Positions 1 to 9,577 of a stretch of 64,000 bases of DNA are shown here, in pieces. The DNA is taken from assembly GCA_963712165.1 (NCBI GenBank), contig CAVQGY010000003.1:16749-80748 (forward strand), given 5' to 3'. Made by a program: the position numbers and the translations under genes. This DNA comes from an uncultured Chloroflexia bacterium. Its GTDB lineage: Bacteria > Chloroflexota > Anaerolineae > Anaerolineales > UBA11858. Position 1 is the stretch's first letter. The number at the start of each line of letters is the position of its first letter. The notes below the pieces were generated by a model. The model did no database searches and was not told where the DNA came from. It worked only from the letters and a program-made list of their open reading frames with translations.

Positions 1-86
1 GGAGTAAGGTGGGGACGCCAGTCAGGAAGGCCAAACTCCTCCACCAGCGCCTGGTGGATTTTTGCAGCATGCTCTAAAGGATTCAT
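1..86 (-). CDS. 5' end of an unidentified CDS running off the left edge of the window
   Basis: Minus-strand ATG at 84-86, 3 nt after the stop of the upstream asparaginase-like gene. The frame stays open to position 1 (MNPLEHAAKIHQALVEEFGLPDWRPHLT...). Too short to name. Confidence 0.3.
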   Translation of the reverse strand, partial: MNPLEHAAKIHQALVEEFGLPDWRPHLT

Positions 87-89
87 AAT

Positions 90-1181
90 TTAACTGTATT
101 GTAAATGAAAACAGGGTTTTACTTCACCGACTACGAATCCAGCATGATTAAGGATGGGTTTGATCGGTCCCAGGTCGTTTAGACGCTGAAGCTCTTCTTC
201 TGTGAGTATTTCAAGCTGGCGGAGGGTTTCAAGAGTAGCTGCCTGGAGGGCTCTCGTCCCTTGATCGCCGTCTGAGATTTTCAGGGCTATGCCCAGAGCG
301 GGAGAGCCTGGCCTGATCGCGTTGGGATAGATTCCAATAGCCTGGAAAGCTTCAGCGCCAGTTTTGGAGACGATTTTTCCTGGAGCCGTCTCCATTAAGC
401 GAGTATCCAATTTTCCCAGACCTGCTACATAATAGGGGTAGTTAGTCATTGCCTCAGTGATCTGTCTGCAGCTTTCAGCCCGAAGAGGTGAGAGATTGCC
501 AGGATCGACCAGCTTGGCCCAGGCCCAGGCAGCATTATAAAGAGGTATCGAAAAAGTGGGGACAGAACAGCCATCACGTCCCAGGATCAGATCATCCGGT
601 ACAAGTCCGCACATCTCTGAGAAAGCTGCCAGGATACCCTGTTGGACTGGATGTTCAACCTCGGTATATTTCTCGCCTGACACGCCAAGCAGCTTAGCTT
701 GGGCCAACATACCGGTATGTTTCCCGGAGCAGTTGTGGTGATTTGGTGATGGACTATGTCCCAGGTCTTTTAATTGTTGTCTGCTGGCTTTATCTGATGG
801 GATATGAGTACCACAGAGGAGATGGGACTCAGTGGTGCCGATTTTGTGCTGCAGCCCAGTAATGGTCCGCAGATGTTGGTCAGATCCAGAATGGGAAGCA
901 CATATCGCCGCCAATTCTTCACCGCTGAGATTGAATTCCTCTCTCCCTCCCATTTCCAGAAGGGGAATACACTGAAAAGGTTTGGCCGATGACCGCATAA
1001 AAGTTCGTGACTGTGGGTCCCCGGCTTTGGCGAACAACATTCCCTCTGAGGTTACAACAGCAACAGCTCCATAGTGGATCGATTCTACATTATCGCCCCG
1101 GGTTGTACAGATGAGAGGTTGATAACCTGGGAGGTTATCTAGTGGAATTTCTGGTGATTTAGCAGTAGTATTGATTGGCAT
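90..1181 (-). CDS. asparaginase II-family (Rhizobium-type L-asparaginase-like) protein
   Basis: 363-aa ORF with stretches I associate with this family: HYGAVAVV, RSSAKPFQ, CASHSG, NCSGKHTGML. Confidence 0.7.
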   Translation of the reverse strand: MPINTTAKSPEIPLDNLPGYQPLICTTRGDNVESIHYGAVAVVTSEGMLFAKAGDPQSRTFMRSSAKPFQCIPLLEMGGREEFNLSGEELAAICASHSGSDQHLRTITGLQHKIGTTESHLLCGTHIPSDKASRQQLKDLGHSPSPNHHNCSGKHTGMLAQAKLLGVSGEKYTEVEHPVQQGILAAFSEMCGLVPDDLILGRDGCSVPTFSIPLYNAAWAWAKLVDPGNLSPLRAESCRQITEAMTNYPYYVAGLGKLDTRLMETAPGKIVSKTGAEAFQAIGIYPNAIRPGSPALGIALKISDGDQGTRALQAATLETLRQLEILTEEELQRLNDLGPIKPILNHAGFVVGEVKPCFHLQYS

Positions 1182-1195
1182 CGAAACCAGACTTA

Positions 1196-2053
1196 TCAGG
1201 CGTTATCATCGATCTTTGGAAAGTAATTTCTTGCATAGTAATGTGCTAAACCATGCTGAAGGCGCTGAAGGAAGAAATCACGATCCCTTTTATCGATAGC
1301 AAATTCATCCATGAATTTTTCTGCCAACCCGCCCGCATCTTGTGGTGAAGAATGCCGGCTGGCGAGCTTCTCTATCCTGCGATGAATCTTCCGGAAGGAT
1401 TTTTTTAGTTCTCGGATCTGGTCATGAGTGACAGGACCTCCCCGGCCGCTGATCAGGATGTAATCCTTGAAGCGCGCGCGGAGTAACTCATCCAGTGTGT
1501 CAATCCAGGTAGGTAAATGAGCATTTCCTAGGAAAGGGGGTCCCTTGACGGTCACTGCATCTCCAATAAAGAGGACCTTCTCAGCAGGGAAGATAACCCA
1601 GCTCGATCCAGGCCTGGGTCCAGGATGGTGTTCCAAGATCACAGGATTATCTGCCCAGTGCAGCTCCAATCTGTCTGAGAAAGTAATATCAGGGATCATC
1701 CAGCTCATTCCGGAGGATTCAGGATAACGTTCCCAGGCAGCGCCGCTTTCCTGGATCTGGCTGCGGAACATGCTGGCAGGTTCGTGGAGAGCTTTGGCTG
1801 CTTCTTTATGAGTTACGATCGGGCAATCAAGGCTTTTGGCACCTATGGTCCGATCCATATGGTCATCAAGACAGATGACTAGCTTATGAATTGTCCCTTG
1901 GCTCCGATTCAAGAGAGTGGTTTTCCAGCGATGACCATCCTCAGGCCTGAGAGGCGCATCGATGAAAATCATACCCCGCGGGAGCAGTGCTGCCCCGAGC
2001 GTTGTTCCCGGATAGGAATCCTCATAATAGATCCCTGGTTTTATTTCCTGCAT
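1196..2053 (-). CDS. MBL-fold metallo-hydrolase-like protein with a degenerate metal motif
   Basis: 285-aa ORF. It has a beta-lactamase-fold-like layout (FIDAPLRP..., ICLDDHMDR in place of HxHxDH, later LEHHPGP and FIGDAV). Confidence 0.55.
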   Translation of the reverse strand: MQEIKPGIYYEDSYPGTTLGAALLPRGMIFIDAPLRPEDGHRWKTTLLNRSQGTIHKLVICLDDHMDRTIGAKSLDCPIVTHKEAAKALHEPASMFRSQIQESGAAWERYPESSGMSWMIPDITFSDRLELHWADNPVILEHHPGPRPGSSWVIFPAEKVLFIGDAVTVKGPPFLGNAHLPTWIDTLDELLRARFKDYILISGRGGPVTHDQIRELKKSFRKIHRRIEKLASRHSSPQDAGGLAEKFMDEFAIDKRDRDFFLQRLQHGLAHYYARNYFPKIDDNA

Positions 2054-2099
2054 CTAAACTCCTTCATTCCTCCCAGCCAAGATCACCGGGAGTGTGTTT

Positions 2100-4202
2100 T
2101 CAGCTGCTATGTGGAAGGGCAAAGGTGAACTTGGCACCTCCGCCAGAGAGGTTCTCAACCCAGATCCTCCCGCCGTGTCCTTCTACTGCCAGGCGGCAGA
2201 AAGCCAGGCCTAGTCCGAGGCCTTGGATCCTTTCATCTGGATGAATACGGGTATATTTGTCAAATATCCTATCGATATATCCGGGATCCACTCCCGGTCC
2301 TGAATCAAGCACCCAGAAAAGGACTTCATCCTTGACCATTTCTGCGCCGATCTCGATCTTTCCATTTGATGGAGTATATTTGATCGCGTTCTGAACCAGG
2401 TTGATCAGCACCCGCTCGATCATATTGCGGTCCCCAATCACCTCAGGGATCTTCTTTTTGAGGGAGAGTTCCACGTCTTGTTGTTTTGCCAGTGCCTGTG
2501 TTGTCAATTCCTGTTTGGCGTAGGTGATCAACTCCACAGGATGGAAAGGCTCTTTATTTGTGATAGGCTGACCACTTTCAAGGCGGTTGATATCCAGCAA
2601 GGATCTGGTCAGGCGCTGGATGCGGACTGTCGAGCGAGTTGCTATCTCAAATAGTGATTGAATTTCCGGGTCGTCAGCTCCGGGAAGGGTAGCCTGGATG
2701 ACATCCAGGCTGGAAATGACATTGGACAGTGGTGAGCGAAGGTCATGGAAGATCATTGAGGTTAGATCTTCCCGCAGCTGATCGAGATTCTTTCGTTCCG
2801 TGATATCTCTCAGAATCCATTGAAGCCTACAATCATCCGCGATTTGGATCTGGTGAACGTTTACCTGGATGGGTATCTCTGTTTCATCCCGGGTGATCAG
2901 TTTTGATTCATAAGAACTGGAGGTGTCTTCTTCCAGGGAGAGGAAAGTAGACCCAATAGCCTCCCACTTCACTTCATGGATATCACTGATAACCATCCTG
3001 CAAAGCTGGTCCTCAGTGTAGCGGCTGGTCTGGAGTGTACGCTGATTGGTTTCCAGGATATTCCCTTCCAGATCAGTGATGATGATGGGATCGATACTGT
3101 TTTCGAACAGATCATAATAGCGGCTGTGTGTATCCTGAAGATCTTCAAACAGGCGCGCATTCTGGATGAAAGACCCTGCCAGACTGCCGATTCCAGAGAG
3201 GACCTGTAACGCATCTGTCTCGAATTGGCCCGAATGTGGATTAATGGCTTCCAGTACACCCAATACTCTTCCAGGAATAAAAATTGGGGCGGCTACGATA
3301 GCATGAGGCGACATTTCCGGATAGACCTTGTTGGTTTGTAAGAAACGGGGATCCTGGGAAGGATTGGTGACGATCTCCCCCTCTCCGGACTCGGCAACCC
3401 AGCCCGCAAATCCTTGACCGAGAAGGATCTTTTTACCGACTAATTTGGATTGCAAATCCATACTTTCGTGAATGGCAGCTTTGTATTCTAGGAATCCTCC
3501 TTCGAGATCGATCAAAGAGAGGGCAACAGATTCAACCTCGAGCGCGGTCTGGATTTCCATGAGGATATTTTTTAGCACGACCTCAAGATTCAACGTGGAG
3601 GCCATAACGGTAGCAGAGTTTGCCAGGGCTGACATAACCCGGGCTTGCCTGCGGCTCTCGCCGTAAAGTTGGGCGTTCAAGACTGCAACCCCCGCCTGGT
3701 CTGCGATAGCGCGAATCAAATTCAGGTGATTTTCCTGGAGATGATCGGGTTCGGGATGCACAAGGGTGATCACACCCACCAGGTCATTGTGGACAGTGAT
3801 TGGAATTGAGATGGCTGATTTGGATCCGGTTTCCTCATCATCCGGCCTCCGCATCCAGCGCTTGTCTTTACTCGTATTGGGGATCCTAACTGGTTTCCGG
3901 TTCTTAACTACCCATCCTGCCAGGCCTTCCTCGAGCGTGGATCGGAGCTGCTCGTTGGTATGTATGATCATTTGATCGCGAACGATGATAGCTGATTCGA
4001 GAGGGTTTCCATTCTCATCCAGGATGATGATGCTGCCCCGGATCGCACCTATGGTCTTAATAGCAAGGGACAAGACCCGCTCCAAGAGGACAGGCAGATC
4101 CAATGTAGTGGCAACCTCCCGGCTGATGCGGTACAGCAGCTCGAGCAAGGCTTGTTGATTGGTTTTATTTCCTTGTTCAGGGTCGTTATTCTTTTGCATC
4201 AT
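2100..4202 (-). CDS. sensor histidine kinase, GAF-GAF-PAS-HisKA-HATPase architecture
   Basis: 700-aa ORF. H-box FHDLRSPLS, N-box LINLVQNAIKYT, G-boxes DSGPGV and GLGLGLAF. The N-terminal two thirds look like GAF and PAS sensor domains. Confidence 0.9.
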   Translation of the reverse strand: MMQKNNDPEQGNKTNQQALLELLYRISREVATTLDLPVLLERVLSLAIKTIGAIRGSIIILDENGNPLESAIIVRDQMIIHTNEQLRSTLEEGLAGWVVKNRKPVRIPNTSKDKRWMRRPDDEETGSKSAISIPITVHNDLVGVITLVHPEPDHLQENHLNLIRAIADQAGVAVLNAQLYGESRRQARVMSALANSATVMASTLNLEVVLKNILMEIQTALEVESVALSLIDLEGGFLEYKAAIHESMDLQSKLVGKKILLGQGFAGWVAESGEGEIVTNPSQDPRFLQTNKVYPEMSPHAIVAAPIFIPGRVLGVLEAINPHSGQFETDALQVLSGIGSLAGSFIQNARLFEDLQDTHSRYYDLFENSIDPIIITDLEGNILETNQRTLQTSRYTEDQLCRMVISDIHEVKWEAIGSTFLSLEEDTSSSYESKLITRDETEIPIQVNVHQIQIADDCRLQWILRDITERKNLDQLREDLTSMIFHDLRSPLSNVISSLDVIQATLPGADDPEIQSLFEIATRSTVRIQRLTRSLLDINRLESGQPITNKEPFHPVELITYAKQELTTQALAKQQDVELSLKKKIPEVIGDRNMIERVLINLVQNAIKYTPSNGKIEIGAEMVKDEVLFWVLDSGPGVDPGYIDRIFDKYTRIHPDERIQGLGLGLAFCRLAVEGHGGRIWVENLSGGGAKFTFALPHSS

Positions 4203-4398
4203 TACTGGAACCTACTCATCTTATTTTATCCCATATCCGGATAATTGGCTCTCGCCTCGGACCTGAGGTTGATCTACTATCACACTTTACTTAAAGTGAT
4301 CCCTTTAACTGGATTTTCCCCGAGAATTCTCATTGAGTATAGCATATTAGGGTTCCTGGAGGTTTTCGCCTTACCATTTGAACTGAATATCCCTGGTC

Positions 4399-5397
4399 CT
4401 ATATCATTGGGTGTATCGTTGGTAATCCCAACATCAGATCTTCCAGGGTCAGTTTTAAGTTGGCGTTTTCGTTCAAGAGCCTATAAGCCCGTTGAAAAAG
4501 GGACAGCGAGTTATATGTATCTGCCAGGTTAACCTGGTCGATGATCTCCTTAATATCTTCTTCCCTGTCAATATTCTGGAGAGGTATTTGTGAATGGCCA
4601 CTCTGGTGCAGAATATCCTGCCAGATTGAGATCCATGTATCCAGGAGCTCCTCCACTTTGCGAGGGTCTTTGCTCACCTTGTCAGCGTAGGCAAAACGCT
4701 TGATTGAGTTTTCCCCGAGGAGCTGGAGGTGTTCATCGAGAAGATTGGTTCTGCGCTCAAGGATCTCTGGATCGGTATACATTTCCAGGGCAATCTCAGG
4801 TTTTCCCCCAGAAATATGGGCCAGGAATCGAGCTTGATCAGAGGGGATATTATAAAGGCTCTCCAAGCCCTCGATGGTCAGATCGATTGGGACAGCATTT
4901 AGTTTGATCTCTTCGCAGCGTGATGTGATGGTGTCCAGCAGCGCCCCGGCTGTGACAGAAGTCAGGATCAGTATGACTGACCCAGGCGGTTCTTCGAGGG
5001 TTTTCAGCAGTGAATTCTGGGCACTTGGATTTGCATTCTCGAAATCAAGCAGCAGGCCGTATCTTCGATCGGATTCATAGGGAGATAATGAAAGGCTGTG
5101 GATCAGTTCCCTGATCTGATCGACCTTGATCTGTTTGCTGTCTTCGGCCACACTGATCGGAAACAGGTCCGGATGTTCCTGGCGGCCGAGGCGTTTGCAG
5201 CTTGGGCATGCCAGGCAGGGATTGCCGGAGGATCCTTTTTCCGGACAGTTAAGGGCCTGGATGAAGCGAAGGGCAAGATTGGCTTTGCCGATGCCGCGAG
5301 GTCCGGTGATCAAATAGGCGTGCCGAAGGGAATCGTTTAGAATATGTCCACGCAAGAGTTGGACAGCCCAGTCATGTCCGATCAGGTTCCAGGTCAT
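4399..5397 (-). CDS. holB: DNA polymerase III delta' subunit
   Basis: 332 aa. N-terminus HAYLITGPRGIGK, Cys module CPEKGSSGNPCLACPSCKRL, sensor motif ITSRC. Confidence 0.85.
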   Translation of the reverse strand: MTWNLIGHDWAVQLLRGHILNDSLRHAYLITGPRGIGKANLALRFIQALNCPEKGSSGNPCLACPSCKRLGRQEHPDLFPISVAEDSKQIKVDQIRELIHSLSLSPYESDRRYGLLLDFENANPSAQNSLLKTLEEPPGSVILILTSVTAGALLDTITSRCEEIKLNAVPIDLTIEGLESLYNIPSDQARFLAHISGGKPEIALEMYTDPEILERRTNLLDEHLQLLGENSIKRFAYADKVSKDPRKVEELLDTWISIWQDILHQSGHSQIPLQNIDREEDIKEIIDQVNLADTYNSLSLFQRAYRLLNENANLKLTLEDLMLGLPTIHPMI

Positions 5398-5437
5398 GGA
5401 TAAATTCTACTTCGGGGAGGGTATTTCCGCAATGTGA

Positions 5438-5466
5438 TTGACACTACCCGATCAACCCATTAGAAT
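5438..5466 (+). promoter_or_regulatory. sigma-70-type promoter of pcrA (TTGACA - 17 nt - TAGAAT)
   Basis: TTGACA at 5438-5443, 17-nt spacer, TAGAAT at 5461-5466. The pcrA ATG (5476) lies only 9 nt after the -10 element and no Shine-Dalgarno sequence is visible. Confidence 0.55.
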
Positions 5467-5475
5467 GAGCCCTGT

Positions 5476-7665
5476 ATGGATAGCCTCCAGTTCCTTAATT
5501 CCCAGCAAAAACGTGCTGTAACCTCACCTTCAGGGCCGGTACTTGTATTGGCTGGCCCAGGATCAGGAAAAACCCGGGTCCTGACTCACCGGGCCGCCTA
5601 CTTGATGGATGCATTGGGTGTGCAGCCGTACCATATGATGGCGGTAACCTTTACCAATAAAGCCGCGGAGGAGATGAAAAAGCGCATTGATTCCTTGCTG
5701 GGGAGATATACTCGCGGCTTGACTGTGGGCACGTTCCACTCGACTTGTGCAGGTATCCTGCGTAATGAGGCTGCCCATATACCTGTCAATCAAAACTATG
5801 TCATTTTTGATGCTGATGACCAGCTCCGGGTGGTAAAGCAGGTACTGAAGGACCTTAATTATAATGACAAGGATTACCGGCCGCAGAGGATCCATGGGAT
5901 CATTTCGGCTGCGAAAAATGAGCTCTATCTACCCCAGGATATACCGATATTCACCAGGTGGGATAAAGTAGCAGTTGATGTCTACGAAGCTTATCAGAAG
6001 ATACTCCTGACCAGCAATGCCTTTGATTTTGATGACCTGCTGCTGTGGATGGCTTTTTTACTCCGGGATAATGAGCAGGTCCGTGAAAAATATTCCCGCC
6101 GCTTTGAACACATCCTGGTAGATGAATTTCAAGACACGAATATTGCCCAGTACACCCTGTTGAAATATCTGGCTTCCTATCATCGGAATATCTTTGTGGT
6201 AGGGGATTCTGACCAGTCGATTTACCGCTGGCGGGGAGCGGACTATCGCAACGTGCGCCGCTTCGAAGAGGACTTCCCAGATGCTGAAGTGATCCTTTTG
6301 GAACAGAATTATCGTTCCACCCAGAATATTCTTGACACAGCGATGGCCATCATCGATCGCAACACAAACAGGACTCCGAAGAACCTTTTTACAGAACGTG
6401 GTAAAGGTGAATTGATCGTGATCCGGGAGGCTTTTGATGAACAGCAGCAGGCTGGCTTCGTGGTAGACATCCTGAAAAAGCAGATTCGGGAAGAGAACGC
6501 TTCTGTATCAGATTTTGCGGTCATGTACCGAACCAACGCCCAATCGCGGATCATTGAGGAAGCTTTCATCTCCGCCAATATCCCTTATCGATTAGTAGGA
6601 GCTCAGCGCTTCTACGGCAGGCGAGAGGTCAAGGATATCATCGCCTACTTGAGAGTGGTAATCAATCCGGATGATATAGTTAGCTTGCGCAGGATCATTA
6701 ACATTCCCTCGAGAAAAATTGGTGTGAAAACTTTTGGCGACTTGCTGAAAAACGCATCGCAGGAAGGGTTAACCCCGGGCGCGTACTTAATGACCCTTGC
6801 TGAAGAAGGGGCACCTGGCCGGGAAGCCTTTAATCAATCTGTAGCACTCCGGCTCTCAACCTTTGCAGTGATGCTTGTGAATTGGCGGAAACTGGTTGAT
6901 AGTCTCCCGCCAGTTGAGATGATCGATCAGATCCTGAAGGATATTGACTACAGGGTTTATATAGAAGATGGTACCGATGAGGGGTTTGATCGCTGGGAAA
7001 ATGTAGATGAACTGCGACGCCTGGCTTCTGAATACCAGACGATTGGGCTCCATAAATTCCTCGAGAATGTGGCATTGATCTCGGACCAGGATACGCTGGA
7101 TACCGAGATGGAAGGGGCAACTTTATTGACCCTTCATGCAGCCAAGGGGCTGGAATTCAAACAAGTGCTGATCATCGGCCTTAATGATGAGATCCTCCCA
7201 CATGTCCGTTCGATGGATGACCCGGAAGCGATGGAGGAGGAACGCAGGCTATTCTATGTTGGTATTACCCGGGCCCAGGACCGTCTTTATCTTCTGCATT
7301 CGCTGGTGAGGAATTTTGGAAGATCCAGAGAGCTAGAAGCCTCACCATTCTACCGGGATATCCCGCCAGACCTCAGGGAGGAGGACAGCCTTTACGGAGT
7401 GACTTCTCCCATCCAGGAACGTGGATCATTGACCGGTCAAAACTGGAAGGATCTTCAGGCTGAGAGTGCCCGGAACCAGCCACTCGAAAAGCAGTTCAAT
7501 CCCGGAGATCGTGTCCGGCATCCCAAATGGGGGGCTGGACTCGTCCTCAGCAGCCGGCTGCAGGATGACGATGAAATTGTCGATATCTTCTTTGAAGGTT
7601 TGAAAGACAAGGACAGGAATAAAAAACTGATCGTCTCACTAAGCAATCTGGAAAAAATTGCTTGA
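5476..7665 (+). CDS. pcrA: ATP-dependent DNA helicase, UvrD/PcrA family
   Basis: 729 aa. Helicase motifs GPGSGKT, DEFQDTN, QNYRS, VMYRTNAQSR, LLTLHAAKGLEF, YVGITRA. Confidence 0.95.
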   Translation: MDSLQFLNSQQKRAVTSPSGPVLVLAGPGSGKTRVLTHRAAYLMDALGVQPYHMMAVTFTNKAAEEMKKRIDSLLGRYTRGLTVGTFHSTCAGILRNEAAHIPVNQNYVIFDADDQLRVVKQVLKDLNYNDKDYRPQRIHGIISAAKNELYLPQDIPIFTRWDKVAVDVYEAYQKILLTSNAFDFDDLLLWMAFLLRDNEQVREKYSRRFEHILVDEFQDTNIAQYTLLKYLASYHRNIFVVGDSDQSIYRWRGADYRNVRRFEEDFPDAEVILLEQNYRSTQNILDTAMAIIDRNTNRTPKNLFTERGKGELIVIREAFDEQQQAGFVVDILKKQIREENASVSDFAVMYRTNAQSRIIEEAFISANIPYRLVGAQRFYGRREVKDIIAYLRVVINPDDIVSLRRIINIPSRKIGVKTFGDLLKNASQEGLTPGAYLMTLAEEGAPGREAFNQSVALRLSTFAVMLVNWRKLVDSLPPVEMIDQILKDIDYRVYIEDGTDEGFDRWENVDELRRLASEYQTIGLHKFLENVALISDQDTLDTEMEGATLLTLHAAKGLEFKQVLIIGLNDEILPHVRSMDDPEAMEEERRLFYVGITRAQDRLYLLHSLVRNFGRSRELEASPFYRDIPPDLREEDSLYGVTSPIQERGSLTGQNWKDLQAESARNQPLEKQFNPGDRVRHPKWGAGLVLSSRLQDDDEIVDIFFEGLKDKDRNKKLIVSLSNLEKIA

Positions 7666-7721
7666 GGTGGAATGGTAAAATACCAGCAGAAGTTCTGGTC
7701 CTGGTAGGAAGGGTAAACACC

Positions 7722-8216
7722 ATGGCTGTTATCGAAAAAGGCTCTTTTGAGGTCATCAGCCGTAGTCCAACACAAACCCGCCGCGTAGGGATGCGCCTGG
7801 GTGAGCTGCTGCTTCCTGGCGACGTTATTTGCCTGGAGGGCAACCTGGGAGCGGGGAAAACCACTCTTGCACAGGGCATCGCTTCTGGATGGGGCTCTTA
7901 CGATTCTGTCACCAGCCCTTCTTATGTACTAGTCAATGTATACCGACGCTTGGATCACAAGCGGCTTTACCATTTGGATGCGTATAGACTATCCGGACCG
8001 GAGGAAGCAATTGATTTGGATATGGATGCCTTGCTCAGTCAAGGCCCGTTGGTAGTGGAATGGGCTGACAAGATCAAGGATGCTTTACCTGAAGGGCATT
8101 TATGGATGAAAATGCGCTCAATTAATGATGAACAGCGGGATTTTATCATCCACGCTCGTGGGGAACGTCACCAGGAGATCCTGGAGAGATTCAGAGAGGA
8201 TATTTACGGAGCGTAA
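7722..8216 (+). CDS. tsaE: tRNA t6A37 biosynthesis ATPase TsaE
   Basis: P-loop GNLGAGKTTL and HLDAYRL. I placed the start at the internal ATG 7722 (GGAAGGG upstream) rather than the ORF-track start 7662, which overlaps the pcrA end. Confidence 0.85.
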   Translation: MAVIEKGSFEVISRSPTQTRRVGMRLGELLLPGDVICLEGNLGAGKTTLAQGIASGWGSYDSVTSPSYVLVNVYRRLDHKRLYHLDAYRLSGPEEAIDLDMDALLSQGPLVVEWADKIKDALPEGHLWMKMRSINDEQRDFIIHARGERHQEILERFREDIYGA

Positions 8217-8217
8217 T

Positions 8218-8883
8218 ATGCTATTGGGAGTTGATACTTCAACACAAGCTGTGGGCATAGCCATCTATGACGGCAGCCAGATCCTTTGTGAGGAAAGCTG
8301 GATCTCCCGCCGCTATCATACGGTGGAGTTGGCCAAAGCTGTTTCAGAGAACCTCTCCCGGGCAGGTCTGTCGATCGCGGATTTGGATGTGTTGGGTGTT
8401 GCGATAGGACCGGGTTCCTTTACCGGTTTGCGGATCGGGATGGCCCTGATCAAAGGCATAGCTTTCACTCACCAGCTTCCTGTCATTGGTGTGCCAACAC
8501 TGGATATAACTGTACGCGCGGTACCGATAACAGACCTCAAACTTGCCGCAGTGCTCCAGGCGGGACGAAACCGGTTGGCGGTAGGTTGGTACAAGATTGA
8601 GGATGAGGGGTGGGTTTCAGAGGGAGAAATTGAAAACCTCACTCTGGAAGAACTCATCTCGCGGATCGATCAACCCTGCATCCTGACTGGTGAATTGTCT
8701 CGCGATATTCGTCAGATCCTGAAGAATCACAAATTGATCAGGACTGTCGATCCAACCCTTGCCATGCGCAGTCCCAAGTATCTGGCCGAATTGGCCTGGG
8801 AACGCTGGAGAGCAGGGGATGTGGATGATGTGCTGGGATTAAAACCGTATTATCTTCACAAGGGGGATCCTCTACCAGGCTGA
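8218..8883 (+). CDS. tsaB: tRNA t6A37 biosynthesis protein TsaB
   Basis: MLLGVDTSTQAVGIAIYDG... and GPGSFTGLRIG. The ATG at 8218 follows the tsaE stop directly. The ORF-track start 8125 would overlap tsaE by 92 nt. Confidence 0.85.
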   Translation: MLLGVDTSTQAVGIAIYDGSQILCEESWISRRYHTVELAKAVSENLSRAGLSIADLDVLGVAIGPGSFTGLRIGMALIKGIAFTHQLPVIGVPTLDITVRAVPITDLKLAAVLQAGRNRLAVGWYKIEDEGWVSEGEIENLTLEELISRIDQPCILTGELSRDIRQILKNHKLIRTVDPTLAMRSPKYLAELAWERWRAGDVDDVLGLKPYYLHKGDPLPG

Positions 8884-8913
8884 CCCTTTCTCCTCAAGGA
8901 GAATTGAACCTTT

Positions 8914-9543
8914 ATGAACCCTGATTTAGAGCTTGGAAAAATAGCCGATGCTGTATCCACCTGCAAAAAATGTGAATTGCATCATTCTCGTTCCAAGGGA
9001 GTGGCTGGAGAAGGTCCTCCAACTGCTGAAATCATGTTCATCGGAGAAGGTCCTGGGTTCCATGAGAATATGCAGGGACGACCATTTGTGGGAGCGGCGG
9101 GGGATTTTTTAGTCGAGCTTCTGGCGGGCATCGGCCTGAAAAGGGAAGAAGTATTCATTACTAATGTTGTCAAGTGCCGGCCCCCCGGAAATCGCGATCC
9201 CCTTCCTGATGAGCTTCAAACCTGTGCGCCTTATCTGGATAGGCAATTGCAGATCATCAACCCCAAGGTGATCGTAACCCTGGGACGTTTTTCTATGGCC
9301 AGGTTCATACCCAATGCCAAGATTAGCGAAATTCACGGACAACCTGTGCGTGTAAAAGGGATGTTGGTGGTGCCTTTTTATCACCCGGCAGCTGCTCTTC
9401 ACAGGCCCTCCCTGCGGTCGGCTGTAGAAGAGGATTTTTCTAGATTGCCTGAACTGATCCAGAATGCCGGGGAAGCCCCCGCATACAAACCGGAGATACC
9501 GCTGGAAGAGGATAATCACCCCGAGCAGTTGAGCTTGTTTTAA
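8914..9543 (+). CDS. family 4 uracil-DNA glycosylase (Fe-S type)
   Basis: 209 aa. CKKCELH, GEGPG, FVGAAG and HPAA motifs. Confidence 0.85.
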   Translation: MNPDLELGKIADAVSTCKKCELHHSRSKGVAGEGPPTAEIMFIGEGPGFHENMQGRPFVGAAGDFLVELLAGIGLKREEVFITNVVKCRPPGNRDPLPDELQTCAPYLDRQLQIINPKVIVTLGRFSMARFIPNAKISEIHGQPVRVKGMLVVPFYHPAAALHRPSLRSAVEEDFSRLPELIQNAGEAPAYKPEIPLEEDNHPEQLSLF

Positions 9544-9577
9544 GGGACTGAGAGATTCTATTGAGGGAGTATGAAGA

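Noticed and set aside
7662-8217. ORF-track 5' extensions of tsaE (7662-7721) and tsaB (8125-8217)
   Set aside because: The extensions overlap upstream genes and add non-conserved residues. The internal ATGs give canonical N-termini, and tsaE also has an RBS.
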